From positions 12,264,275 through 12,328,274 of the forward strand of contig NC_134032.1 of the NCBI RefSeq assembly GCF_964204645.1: a DNA stretch of 64,000 bases. The letters run 5' to 3'. Under the pieces are notes generated by a model. It was not told where the DNA came from and did not search any database. It was given only the letters and a program-made list of their open reading frames with translations. The position numbers were made by a program, and so were the translations under genes. Below are positions 51,101-58,998 of this stretch, in pieces. Numbering within the stretch: position 1 is the stretch's first letter; each line of letters begins with the position of its first letter. The stretch comes from Tubulanus polymorphus. Lineage: Eukaryota > Animalia > Nemertea.

Positions 51101-51507
51101 ACAGGCGCGCTGTCTGTCGCCTAACCCGAAAACTATACGCGCGTGATGCTATGCATCTTCATATAGAAATTTGCACCGCTTACTGAATTCAGGTTCTATA
51201 CGACTAAGCGCGTGGTATAAAATGTCAGAAAAAAAACTTAACTGGCCGGTTCGAAAAACGGTCATAGAGATTTGAATGCGACTGAACTGTACCGTTAAGA
51301 GATTTGAAAATTGAAAATGCACGTTCGATAAAGTAATATGGCGGCGACTGGAGCGCATTATTTATCTTTCTACCTTAATATTTCTTGTTCCTTGTCTTCC
51401 TCTTCTTTCTGTCGTTGTATGACAGATTCGATAATCTGTCGCTCCTCTTCAGTGAATTGGCTAAGATCCGGCATCGGGGGCAACGAAGGCCGTCGATTTG
51501 ACGACAT
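1828..51507 (-). CDS. RIMS: Regulating synaptic membrane exocytosis protein (RIM/UNC-10), whole coding span, 23 exons, about 1669 aa (about 1624 aa with exon 5a)
   Basis: Exons join in frame through GT-AG sites. Recognisable RIM motifs: PDLSQFTEEERQIIESV, CQICHKTKFADG, SESVSEKG, HPVTWQ, PDZ (GAFITKVKKGSIADTVGHLRPGDEVLEWNG), C2A, RQLPSIP, GLGPGQLVGRQ, C2B (VWGDYGRMD...IGWYKLF). Confidence 0.97.
2696..2838 (-). CDS. RIMS: RIM exon 22, C2B (APYVKVYLMENKHCIEKQKTTIARRTLDPLYQQQLIF...GKILQ)
   Basis: ttttcag| phase 1; CAG|GTAAAA phase 0. Confidence 0.95.
3472..3689 (-). CDS. RIMS: RIM exon 21, C2B start (GQFGDFVEGLGPGQLVGRQ...LEVEVIRARGL)
   Basis: ttccag| phase 2; G|GTAAAT phase 1. Confidence 0.96.
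3805..4126. repeat. About 75-79-bp tandem repeat that includes the exon 20 donor site
   Basis: GGTACT(T/C)ACACA(C/T)TGA...AGATTCT...TCAACCACCCCTCACCCCAAAACTTCTC repeated about 4 times. Confidence 0.9.
4103..4486 (-). CDS. RIMS: RIM exon 20 (EFTSRMESR...KNDGSVSDSAV...RQASKESTDGS...SIS)
   Basis: tttcag| phase 2; GT|GTAAGT phase 2; DGSxSDSA and RQxSxESTDGS motifs. Confidence 0.94.
5142..5274 (-). CDS. RIMS: RIM exon 19 (EFSPDASDD...SDMSEVSKISTISVRSTQSEKPRKKL)
   Basis: ttgtag| phase 1; AG|GTACGT phase 2; resembles the RIM Ser-rich SDVS...QSERPR segment. Confidence 0.9.
5630..5682. repeat. (AAT)n microsatellite
   Basis: Visible directly. Confidence 0.95.
6146..6240 (-). CDS. RIMS: RIM exon 18 (LDRSRPSHHHHDR...RRRAK)
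   Basis: tttctag| phase 2; G|GTATGA phase 1 (alternative in-frame donor 9 nt further). Confidence 0.85.
6841..7021 (-). CDS. RIMS: RIM exon 17 (VTHDLEERARQMKMKM...GSRDR)
   Basis: ttttctag| phase 1; AG|GTACGC phase 2. Confidence 0.88.
7064..7329. mobile_element. piggyBac-like MITE, diverged second copy
   Basis: CCCTTTCAGTGC ... GCACTGAAAGAG|TTAA; interior similar to 18152-18438. Confidence 0.82.
7695..7914. mobile_element. MITE with TTA TSD (PIF/Harbinger- or Zator-like); second copy near 25460-25682
   Basis: TTA|GGCTAAA..GATACCTTGTTTCTC ... GAGAAACAAGGTATC..TTTAGCC|TTA. Confidence 0.8.
7955..8103 (-). CDS. RIMS: RIM exon 16 with RIM-BP-binding PxxP motif (PSPKKRQLPSIP)
   Basis: ttgtag| phase 2; G|GTAAAT phase 1; RQLPxxP. 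Confidence 0.92.
8227..8356. mobile_element. PIF/Harbinger-like MITE family A (other copies 17745-17883, 32396-32535, 36297-36417, about 43548-43665)
   Basis: CTG|GGGCCAGTTGCA ... TGCAACCAGCCC|CTG; CWG target; shared interior (TAAGACCAGTCTTAAG-like). Confidence 0.85.
8686..8863 (-). CDS. RIMS: RIM exon 15 (TNNSEDD...RSLSPPEMR)
   Basis: tag| phase 1 (weak pyrimidine tract); AG|GTGAGT phase 2. Confidence 0.82.
9622..9807 (-). CDS. RIMS: RIM exon 14 (SGIVGRGDGASISSVGSSCSPPP...QQSTT)
   Basis: tctag| phase 1; AG|GTCAGT phase 1; open, CpG-rich like the other exons. Confidence 0.85.
9912..10012. mobile_element. PIF/Harbinger-like MITE family B
   Basis: GACCCAGTTCCACAG ... GTGGAACTGGGTC|CAG; interior ACTCAGAGTTAACTC. 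Confidence 0.82.
10037..10088 (-). CDS. RIMS: RIM exon 13 (KSRHRRDEYDDYNNSWY)
   Basis: tctgtag| phase 0; C|GTAAGT phase 1; needed to bridge phases. Confidence 0.82.
10528..10638 (-). CDS. RIMS: RIM exon 12, C2A end (VVIDLATADLRDEAYWYKI...SPTSA)
   Basis: tttacag| phase 0; |GTAAGT phase 0. Confidence 0.92.
11294..11459 (-). CDS. RIMS: RIM exon 11, C2A (SEKSKRRTKT...EITIWDHD...FLGE)
   Basis: tag| phase 2; GAG|GTAAGA phase 0. Confidence 0.94.
11525..12030. repeat. About 186-bp AT-rich tandem repeat, about 2.7 copies
   Basis: AATTTGAAAAATTATTCATTTTG(C/T)GTATTGGCAG at 11712 and 11898; diverged copy at about 11529. Confidence 0.85.
13192..13319 (-). CDS. RIMS: RIM exon 10, C2A (LKLWYE...NPFCKLYLLPDR)
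   Basis: tttcag| phase 0; AG|GTATGT phase 2. Confidence 0.94.
13959..14071 (-). CDS. RIMS: RIM exon 9 (YNEDKTLNRPSVTVTSPGSP...SGRIQ)
   Basis: ctag| phase 1; CAG|GTAAGT phase 0; RPSxxVTSP motif before C2A. Confidence 0.9.
15386..15414 (-). CDS. RIMS: Candidate 29-nt alternative exon (WLKCKNCFH)
   Basis: ttttgtttaacatctag| ... CG|GTGAGT; open only as phase 2 in, phase 1 out, the same phases as exon 8. Confidence 0.35.
15570..15965. mobile_element. Two divergent copies of a tRNA-headed SINE-like element
   Basis: GGTCTAGTGTGGCAGGGTTTC...GATGCCATCAGGTTC on minus (about 15570-15748) and plus (about 15860-15965). Confidence 0.65.
16089..16134 (-). CDS. RIMS: Candidate alternative first coding exon of RIM (MSTYRINSNLSAING)
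   Basis: gtcATG ... CG|GTAAGT, phase 1 matching the exon 9 acceptor; no good upstream polypyrimidine tract. Confidence 0.5.
16686..16735 (-). CDS. RIMS: RIM exon 8 (ENDPIELELRERPDLR)
   Basis: ttttcag| phase 2; AG|GTAAGA phase 1; 50 nt, bridges the phases of exons 7 and 9. Confidence 0.82.
17035..17305 (-). mobile_element. tRNA-derived SINE
   Basis: A box TGGCCGAGTGG, B box GGTTCGAACCC, then GGGCAAGGCACTT and GTAAATGGGTACC body, GGCGCTATAGAAA-type tail. Confidence 0.8.
17385..17619 (-). CDS. RIMS: RIM exon 7, PDZ domain
   Basis: aag| phase 1 (GLKVIGGK); GG|GTTAGT phase 2. Confidence 0.95.
18152..18438. mobile_element. piggyBac-like MITE
   Basis: TTAA|CCCTTTCAGTGC ... GCACTGAAAGGG|TTAA. Confidence 0.88.
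18693..18804 (-). CDS. RIMS: RIM exon 6 (HPVTWQRSGDGTKLIGHMILKK...SILG), PDZ start
   Basis: ttgcag| phase 0; G|GTAGGT phase 1. Confidence 0.93.
21255..21475 (-). CDS. RIMS: RIM alternative exon 5b (GELES...WSEPQIKDSGIDTMSSSSQTLNDQDLLHK)
   Basis: tttctag| phase 1; AAG|GTATAG phase 0; WSEPQIKDSG motif as recalled from vertebrate RIMS2. Confidence 0.88.
21821..21838 (-). promoter_or_regulatory. CTCF-like motif between alternative exons 5a and 5b
   Basis: GGCCAGTAGGTGGCGCTC matches the CCASYAGRKGGC core. Confidence 0.5.
22238..22323 (-). CDS. RIMS: RIM alternative exon 5a (EPYPNNRNYEEESWKKDEMLAAKIKKFLA)
   Basis: tttttgcgtag| phase 1; GCG|GTGAGA phase 0; 86 nt, open frame, joins SEK to HPVTWQ. 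Confidence 0.8.
23645..24318. mobile_element. TIR-bounded element with nested insertions
   Basis: CGACTGGTCATATTT ... AAATATGACCAGTCG; encloses two CAGGACTGCCAACCTC ends and the 24047-24223 hairpin. Confidence 0.55.
24047..24223 (+). mobile_element. Inverted repeat (63-bp arms) enclosing a hammerhead-ribozyme core; probable Penelope-like element pseudo-LTR remnant
   Basis: Arms 24047-24109 and 24161-24223 match at 60/63; loop reads CTGATGA-T-GGCTGTT-AGTC-AACAGCC-GAAA. Confidence 0.65.
25941..25954. promoter_or_regulatory. RFX X-box-like motif in an intronic CpG-rich island
   Basis: GTCGCTATGGCAAC. Confidence 0.45.
26586..26876. mobile_element. hAT-like MITE (relatives near 10900-11243, 41300-41597, 6290-6490)
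   Basis: CAGGGGTGGCCAC ... GTGGCCACCCTG termini, internal TTCCCTGA repeats; TSD not preserved. Confidence 0.68.
27722..28572 (-). CDS. RIMS: RIM exon 4 (...MLRNDSLSSDPSDCPRPPPPKPHK...SESVSEK)
   Basis: T-rich tract ending tttag| phase 2; G|GTAGGA phase 1; conserved RNDSLSSD and SESVSEKG motifs. Confidence 0.93.
29193..29923 (-). CDS. RIMS: RIM exon 3 (TVWACNVCRKKQEILAKTGQWYH plus low-complexity linker)
   Basis: ttttcag| phase 0; AG|GTTTGT phase 2; last CxxC of the finger and an SGAWFF-like motif. Confidence 0.93.
32396..32535. mobile_element. PIF/Harbinger-like MITE family A copy
   Basis: CAG|GGGCCAGTTGCA ... TGCAACTGGCCC|CTG. Confidence 0.85.
33480..33518 (-). CDS. RIMS: Candidate 39/36-nt cassette microexon of RIM (QFTTTGDVQQFCE)
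   Basis: ttgtttcag|cag NAGNAG acceptor; GAG|GTAAAT; phase 0-0, no stop. Confidence 0.5.
34620..35025. repeat. 76-bp minisatellite (also about 20040-20312 and 22545-22832)
   Basis: AGGTGCGCTAGTGT..AGTAGGACATCAACTACTGCGGCAATAGAGGATTCCACTTGTGGCAAGTGAGGATCCACC units starting 34731, 34807, 34883. Confidence 0.9.
35416..35451 (-). CDS. RIMS: Candidate 36-nt cassette microexon of RIM (PITNTPDNSGTS)
   Basis: tttgtctttgcag| ... |GTAAGT; phase 0-0, no stop, in the phase-0 intron that splits the Zn finger. Confidence 0.6.
37038..37105. repeat. (CT)n microsatellite
   Basis: Visible directly. Confidence 0.97.
38805..39170. repeat. About 39-bp tandem repeat
   Basis: AAACCCACACAACTGTGGAACTGGATCCAGAGTC, about 9 copies. 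Confidence 0.9.
39787..40105. mobile_element. MITE with CAGGGGCGGATCC-type termini (relatives about 30278-30632, 47227-47514)
   Basis: CAGGGGCGGATCCAG ... AAATCCGCCTCTG. Confidence 0.6.
42035..42112. repeat. (TA)n microsatellite
   Basis: Visible directly. Confidence 0.97.
42901..43114 (-). CDS. RIMS: RIM exon 2, Zn finger first part (CQICHKTKFADGVGHKCTYCNLKSCARCGGKITLRSNK)
   Basis: ttcag| acceptor phase 2; AAG|GTGAGT donor phase 0. Confidence 0.95.
44762..45732. repeat. 74/78-bp minisatellite, about 12-13 copies
   Basis: ACCAGGATTCAAACACATCAACCCTGAATTGATGAGAGACCAGTGAAA(GACT)n. Confidence 0.95.
49990..50258. mobile_element. Cluster of three family-B MITE copies (two complete, one partial)
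   Basis: Repeated CCAGTTCCACAGTT / AACTG(T/C)GGAACTGG termini; last copy CAG|50151-50258|CTG. Confidence 0.82.
50988..51037. repeat. (GAT)n microsatellite
   Basis: Visible directly. Confidence 0.95.
51374..51507 (-). CDS. RIMS: RIM coding exon 1 (MSSNRRPSLPPMPDLSQFTEEERQIIESVIQRQKEEEDKEQEILR), Rab3-binding helix
   Basis: ATG at 51507; donor AG|GTAGAA, phase 2; typical RIM N-terminus. Confidence 0.93.
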
Positions 51508-54391
51508 GATGAAGGCTAGGACTCCAAACGCTAGGCTCCTCTGCAGCAGCGGCGGCGGCGGCAGCAATTATTGACGAAATAATACCTTCCTCCAAATGGG
51601 CGAACAAATACATAACCGAAAACCCACAAAATTGCGGCCTCTTTTAATCCTTCCCGATCCGAACTCGGCCTGCGCCGTAATTAATCCAAAAATTCGATGC
51701 GCCTATGTCATATTCCGCTTGGTTGTGATTTAATTCCGACGTTTGCGTTTCATATTATCCACTCCCCTCCTATAAACTGGGGTTGTAATCCTGGGTATGT
51801 GACGGGGAGATTGTGTAAGGCCCTTGTATATATGTTATCGGGCGTTTTTTGCTATATATATGTATATATATATATATATGTGTGTGTATCTGACAGCAGG
51901 CAGTATAGCACCGTGTTGGTGATGGTCTATCTATACTAAAACACAGTCGCCTAGCCGCGGCAATGCTAGCAGCACTGTGGTGTATAGCGAATGGAATAAT
52001 TACGTGATACTGCCAGCCTACAGCCAATCTTGTCACAGTGCTAGTGACGTCATTTGATAATAACGTTAAACATATTCCAGATGTACACGAGCGCGCGGAG
52101 AGACCATATTTGCATAAATCGATATATCTAACTGGGGACTCTCCCTGCGATCGCTGCAGTGCGCATCGCCAGAGAATCGCATGTAGGATCGAGCGGGCGC
52201 GCCTCCCGGAATATACATACATGCATATATGAAATATTTCTGATAGCTGATGCGCACGTGTTATGATTTTCAATTTTTATTTTTCATTAGAATGGATGTT
52301 CGTTAAAATCATTTCCTGACTCGGGAGATCGCCGCGAGACTGAGGGAACATGGAGGAGCGCTCAAAGCAAACTGGTTGAAATTTGAAACGCGTCAAATTC
52401 GCAGGGGTGAATTTAGGGTTGGTCTCGCGGGTGCGGACGATTGGACTTTGTAAAGAACCAACCTGCAGAAATAATGAAAACTATTAGAAAATAACAGTTG
52501 AAATACAGATTATATACATATATATATAAAAGTAAAACTAAAAAAAAAATGCACGAGACGCTTTCTGTCGACCAACACATGCACGAGTGAATATTGTGTC
52601 CACTGTTTTCAATCTTTTACAAACGATGATTTTGTGAAAATGAAATGACAAGCCGGCGACCGCTCCGGGGAGAAATAAATGCTACTGGATACGGTATGCT
52701 ATGGACACCAACGCCGGACGACTCGCAATTGAAATGCCCCCGGATGCGGGCAGAGTTAACTGGTGCTAACTGGCCTCAAGACAACATAGACCACAGACGA
52801 TTTTTGGCGAAGATGACTCTTCAGCATTCGAGTGTATGCAGTCATATAGACTTATACCGACTGTGGTGGTGACTCGTCGAAACTTCCGGCATTTGAAGCA
52901 GAGGGGCAGGAGAATATCTACCGATTTGATAATATTGTAAAATAATAGTATCAAACAACATAAAGGACTGTTTCATTGTATAAATTCGTGTAGATATTCT
53001 GTGTAGAATAGTGTTTAATGACTTTGAACACGTTGAATGGATGTGATGGAATCTGTCCATCGGTTGTCTTTTTATTGTAACAAGCGGGTGCTGCGCCTAA
53101 AAGTGACTGGAAATCGGAATATATAAAACAAGAGCAGTTGTTTCCATGTTTATTGTGCGTGTTCGCTCAATCATATTCAAGACTGGAAATAGTCTCAATT
53201 GAACTGCCGTATGGTGAATTCACTAAGATTCACCCTCGACCATTCGACCGCGACCATGTACAATCTGAGCACATCACCGTCAATGTACTATGACATAGGC
53301 TTCCATATTGAAACGCATAGATCTGTCTCGATTCTCATTAATCTACCCAGCTAAGATTCTATAATTACCATCAGCTTGTCCTTTGTGCGCGATTTGGTTG
53401 TTTAATTAAAATAAATAAAAGTATATAGTATATTATTTCAACCTCAACATAAAGAAAATATAATATTAATCGCCTTCTTTCGATCACAAGTCCAAGTCCT
53501 CAAAAGAATATGTTTGATATATGAATAGAGAATGTTTTTTGGCGAAATTTGATCTGATTCAATTATTTGTCACATTTGTAACATTATTTGTGTTTTCTTC
53601 CATTCTTTAAAATTTTATCTTTTTTTCTACCTTTTTTCAACTACATCGTTTGTATCATTATTATTTTCACTTCTCATTCACCCCTACCACTGGAAATGAA
53701 ATAGGATGGGTACCAAGACCCAAACAAGGTAAAATGAATAAGATGCACAAATACCAGAAAATACACATTTATCAATTAGTTCGTGTATTCGCCACAATAA
53801 ATGGGGGCAGCACATGACGATTGAGATTTGACACAGGTCGACATTCTTACTGTGGCATGCGAGTGGAAGATCTACCGCGATTTTTTATCGGAGTCTCAAA
53901 ATTATGACTGAACCGATGATAGGCGATTAGGACATGATAGGCGCGGATTTAGAACACATGATAGCCGATGAGAACACAAAGAACATATCGTAGTGCTTTC
54001 TGAATATATCATTCAAAAACAAAAAAAACAAACCATGATGTAATTTGAATTCATTTAAGAATTTATTTTTTTCCGTTTATTAAAAGTTGTTGAACTATAT
54101 CGCCTTGTATATATGATAATAAAGATGCAAAGATTGTGACTTGAGAACATTGAAAGTATTGTTTACGATTGATTTATTTTTTTGTAACATTAAACATAAA
54201 AATATCAAGATCAGGCAATCATACCAGTAGTGCCTTACTGAACTTTTTATGATCTCTATATAATGGTGAATGTGAAATTATATGCTAACTATAGATAGAT
54301 TATATCTTAAGTAACTATAAAACAATAATTTTGAGCGAGACCTCACACTGTAACATGAAATTATCTTATATAATCTTATATAATGATACTG

Positions 54392-54752
54392 ACAGCAGAG
54401 ACAATGCGTATCTTATAAACACTTATTCAGGAGCAGCGCAGACAATGCGTGTCTTATAAACACTTATTCAGGAGCAGCACAGACAATGCGTAAACTCTTA
54501 TTCAGGAGCAGCACAGACAATACATATCTTATAAACACTTACTCAGGAGCAGCACAGACAATGCGTATCTTATAAACACTTATTCAGGAGCAGCGCAGAC
54601 AATGCGTGTCTTATAAACACTTATTCAGGAGCAGCACAGACAATGCGTAAACTCTTATTCAGGAGCAGCACAGACAATACATATCTTATAAACACTTACT
54701 CAGGAGCAGCACAGACAATGCGTATCTTATAAACACTTATTCAGGAGCAGCA
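54392..54752. repeat. 41-bp minisatellite with 157-bp higher-order structure
   Basis: TTATTCAGGAGCAGCACAGACAATGCGTATCTTATAAACAC; the variant order repeats every 157 bp. Confidence 0.93.
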
Positions 54753-56614
54753 ACGTCAGTAGAATATGTAAAGTATTGATTTATTTTGAGCATTACCTTT
54801 TTACAAACCAGTCTGATGTGTAACATGGGTTCCAAAATGCGTCTTAAAATTCACTGTCTATTTGAAGAGGCGGAAATAAAGAAATAGTTTTAATGTTGAT
54901 TAATGAAAATATAAGTTAGTTAATAAGGGCTCTGGGCCTGGGAAGGAACTATTCATATATTGATTAGGCAAAATGTTTTCGGTTTGTTAACAGATGTGTC
55001 ATGTCCTTTGTAATTTGACAGAAAGTTCCTTCTGGGAGTCTCATAAAATCTACGCTCCATTAATTCATAGTGTTGATAGCTTTCAGCGTCTCGACTCGTA
55101 GGTCAGTTGAAATACACCTAAACTGAGATATAGAATCAATGGGATAGTTCAGATAATCTTCATACTTAGTTAAACATAGCTTTTCATGATTTGTAATAAT
55201 GACATAGTCCATTGGTCTTTATACGATTAATCTTAGAAATAGTGATTCATTTTATATTTCCTGAGAGTTAAAATAATTTAATGATTTGCATAGCCTAAAT
55301 GCTCAAAAGGGAGAGCGTAGTCAGTTAAACAGTTGCAACTTTTAAACGCAATAAAAGAAGTTGGTACGTAATTACTTTGGACTCCTAAACTCCCCCAGCA
55401 AGTTAATGGGTTTTAAATAAAGATGTTTTGAAAATGATTCCTTGGCCAAAAAGTGAAGGGCCGGGCCTTCAATACAAACTGGCTACGCCCCCCGAATATC
55501 ATCACGTATAGTTAAGGAAACCATATAATATTAGGCAGTGTTCTGTGTACAAATAATAAGTTTATATACGAAAGCGTTGATTTATTTTTTGATGCCATAA
55601 TTTTAAGGCCTGTTAAAGCGATTTGACTAATGAGTAGAATATCTTGATTTTTCACATAGAGTTTAGAATTGTGCTTCCATGTAGGTGACCGTAGCTAGGT
55701 ATATGAAACTTATATCGTAGTACATTGTATCCACAGAGGTATGAGAGGTAATACTAGGAATAATGTAATATAAAGGAATGATAATAATGGCCAGCAATGA
55801 TTTTGATCGTTTTAATTTTGTTTATAGCTGTTTTAACTTCTTTCATTGTCATCCATATCATAAGGTTGAGTGGCTTTCAATGATCACTTAACTTCAAATC
55901 GGGGTGTTTAATAAGGAAGCGATTATTTAGGTGCAGCAGTGAATTTGTAGCACTTTTTTAAGTGAGGCCATAATTTCACCACTAAGAAATTCCTGATGAT
56001 GTAAATAGTAATAAATAGTACAAAATACAGAGAACATAATTTTAAAAAATAGATAAAAACTACATAAGAAAATAAATGATATAAAAAAAATAAATGAAAT
56101 TATAAAGTAATGAAAAAATAAACAAAACCAACAAACAATTAGTTAATATAGGTCTTCATCATCAGGAATTTTTTCTAATCAACTCAATCTAATTATTAAA
56201 GGTTCTTCTTTCATAGAACAACCTTCTCCGTGTTTCCCAACCTCTTGAGATCTTTTCTGTTGTTGTTTTAAGCGTTCTATCGGCTCAGTAATAAACAAAA
56301 CAAATAACCATAAACCTTAACTAAACCAAATACACTAAAAAAATATCTGTTTCGATAGAATGCTTCAAATAACTGATGAAAGATCACGCGTCCTTTTACC
56401 TATGTATCACACCCTGTCACTGCTGTAACTGTTAATTGTTTTAGGGATAATATCTGGGAGATACATTTGACTCTTTTTTAGAAAGAATGTTAAACAGCTA
56501 TAAACGTGTTCATGAAATTATTGTCATGTTTTCAAATAACTTTGTATTAAATGTATTAAATGAGCGAACTGATAATGTTTGAAAATCTTTAGTTAAGACA
56601 AGGTCCCCTACTAT

Positions 56615-56712
56615 GCGACTGACACCTTGTAGCGGTGTAGTAGCTTGCGTGCCTCACTGACCCTGAGAGCTATGCTGGAGGGGGTATTATAGGGGTAGAG
56701 GCCAGATGAAGA
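56615..56712 (+). mobile_element. RTE-clade non-LTR retrotransposon 5' UTR fragment
   Basis: CACCTTGTAGCGGTG..GCTTGCGTGCCTCACTGACCCTGAGAGCTATGCTGG..GCCAGA resembles the conserved RTE 5' motif (from memory, not searched). Confidence 0.55.
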
Positions 56713-58150
56713 TCGGTCATTTTCTTCAAACAGAAATTTCTATTAGGCACTCACAATACCGATGTTTCTGTGCATGTATTTCAGTTAAATGTTGTAAAAT
56801 ACTCATCTCAAACTATGGCTAAAGTGATAGCTTTGTCTTGAAGACAAAGCTATCACTTTGTAGTTTAGTTGTAATTATTGTCTTAGAATAAAATAGCCAT
56901 GTTCATTTTCCATGCAAATCTTTCATTCGTTTGGTTAAGTTTGTTATAATTCAATCTTTTCTCTTTCAATGGTTCATGAAATACTGGTTTAATTCTAAGG
57001 TCCTATCAAAAATAGAGGAGCAGTTTCTTGATAACTGATGACAGTGATGTGTCCTCGGTTGATCTTATGGTGTCATTCTATCGGTTCAACGAGGTACTTA
57101 AAGACAATTACCTTACATGTTTAAAAACACAGGATAAGATAAAAACAATAAATTTCTACGTAGTTGATGTGATAGAATGCTTAATACTTCACGAATGTAT
57201 GTGTAACCGAGTATTGTTTTTCGACATGTTGAGATGTCTTGAGTTATGATTTTCCTATTGATTGAAACTGTTTTGAACTTTGAACATTTTAGGAACTGCA
57301 GCGGCAAAAGCACGGCAGTTATTTAGTCAACCGAATGATGTTATTCTCATACCATGTTTTTGACGAAACTTAATGTTCACTTAGCATGATAGAATTTATG
57401 TTTGTAATAATACCAGTTATCAAATGGATTACCATAAGAAATATAAATAATACTTGTCTGGCTTGCGTTTTTTCTTTGGTTATGTTCGAGCTTTTGGCCA
57501 CACCGAGTCCTTGATCTCCTTGTTCCACATTATCTAATTACAACTTGAGCACTTGTATAAAACTTTGTTGTAAGAAAGGCGATAAATAAGGAAATATCAT
57601 CATTAATACCATGGCCACCACACCATATCTCATCCACAACTTTAATATAGATCCATAGACCAGTTTGTCACTGGTTGAGTTAGGCGGGTGTCGTGGCCAA
57701 GAAGACGTTCTGGATGGGATGATCTTTCAACTGGACAGGCCCCTTCTGGCAAGCAAGCTGGATCCGTTACCGTCCTGCTTCAAACAAATGACTGCCTCGG
57801 CTTGTTTTCAATGCAAGCAACTCGTATCATATTTTGGCTCAAAATGCCACGGTAACCGCTTCAATTTTTACAATACCAGAATGTGCTGCCACCTAGGACA
57901 CGAATTAATACAGCCGCGGAGTAACAATTTCGTCTTGCAGCATATTAAATTAAGTTCAGGGCCGTTTTTTCAATTAAATATCTAATTAATTACGCCTTGT
58001 CTAAACAGAGACGATGATTTGATCCGCAGTGAAACCGAGAAGTTCTCAAGCCCCACTCAGGTATCTTAAACTTTGATATGTACACGCTGACCAGAAAGAG
58101 TTTGATTAGTTGTGGAGGAGGGTGTGACCAATCCATCAATTCCATCGAAC

Positions 58151-58937
58151 CACAGGGGTTTGGCGATGGGCTTGGATTTTATTTCCGGGTTGTTGATAAT
58201 CTCGCGAGAATGGCGCTAAATATGAACTGCGAATAAATTCAAAATATCACGGAAATACCTTGTGTTTATATTGTTTATTTATCCGCTATAAAGTTTCGAT
58301 AAAAAATTGGTCGTTAAGAATCATTATCAGACGGTCGTCACGCTACTATATAAAAGAACAAGGGATGAAACGCCTTCAGAGTTGTGCCAGCCAGAAAGTT
58401 GGGACAGTCACGTGACTTAACGCTTCTTATTTGACTGAACGCGAACCTGAAGCATATAAGATGGAAACTATGATACGAAAAATATTTGAGAATAACTTAC
58501 ATTCAAATGCATTTTTTACTATGAATTATATATTTCGTCATAATTTATTCCTTATAAGTTATTTATTTCATATGAATCATAATCTGATAATTGATATCGG
58601 TCTGTGAATATGTTAACTTTTCGTGTTGAAGTTTTAAATGCGATGACGTCATCAGAATGTCACGTGACTGTCCCAACTTTCTGGCTGAAAATTTAAGTAC
58701 AGCGGAGGCCTGGCGTTTCATCCCTTGTGATTTTATATAGTAAAGCGTGACGACCGTCTGATAATGATTCTTAACGACCAATTGTTTATCGAAACTTTAT
58801 AGCGGATAAATAAACAATATAAACACAAGGTATTTCCGTGATATTTTGAATTTATTCGCAGTTCATATTTAGCGCCATTGTCGCGAGATTATCAACAACC
58901 CGGAAATAAAATCCAAGCCCATCGCCAAACCCCTGTG
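58151..58937. mobile_element. Non-autonomous DNA transposon (MITE/foldback) with about 265-bp TIRs and 8-bp TSD, P-element-like termini
   Basis: CACAGGGGTTTGGCGATGGG ... CCCATCGCCAAACCCCTGTG; CATCGAAC duplicated at 58143-58150 and 58938-58945; no transposase ORF. Confidence 0.92.
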
Positions 58938-58998
58938 CATCGAACAACAAACAAACATAACTATATCTGATATAGCTATTTACTACGTGTCATATATA

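Noticed and set aside
55985-56176. Inverted CCTGATGATG pair as a second hammerhead
   Set aside because: No closing stem II or GAAA follows; at most a truncated remnant.
54950-57990. Decayed coding-like stretches (possible transposon or viral relic)
   Set aside because: Short stop-interrupted frames with no motif I can identify; needs tblastx or HMM search.
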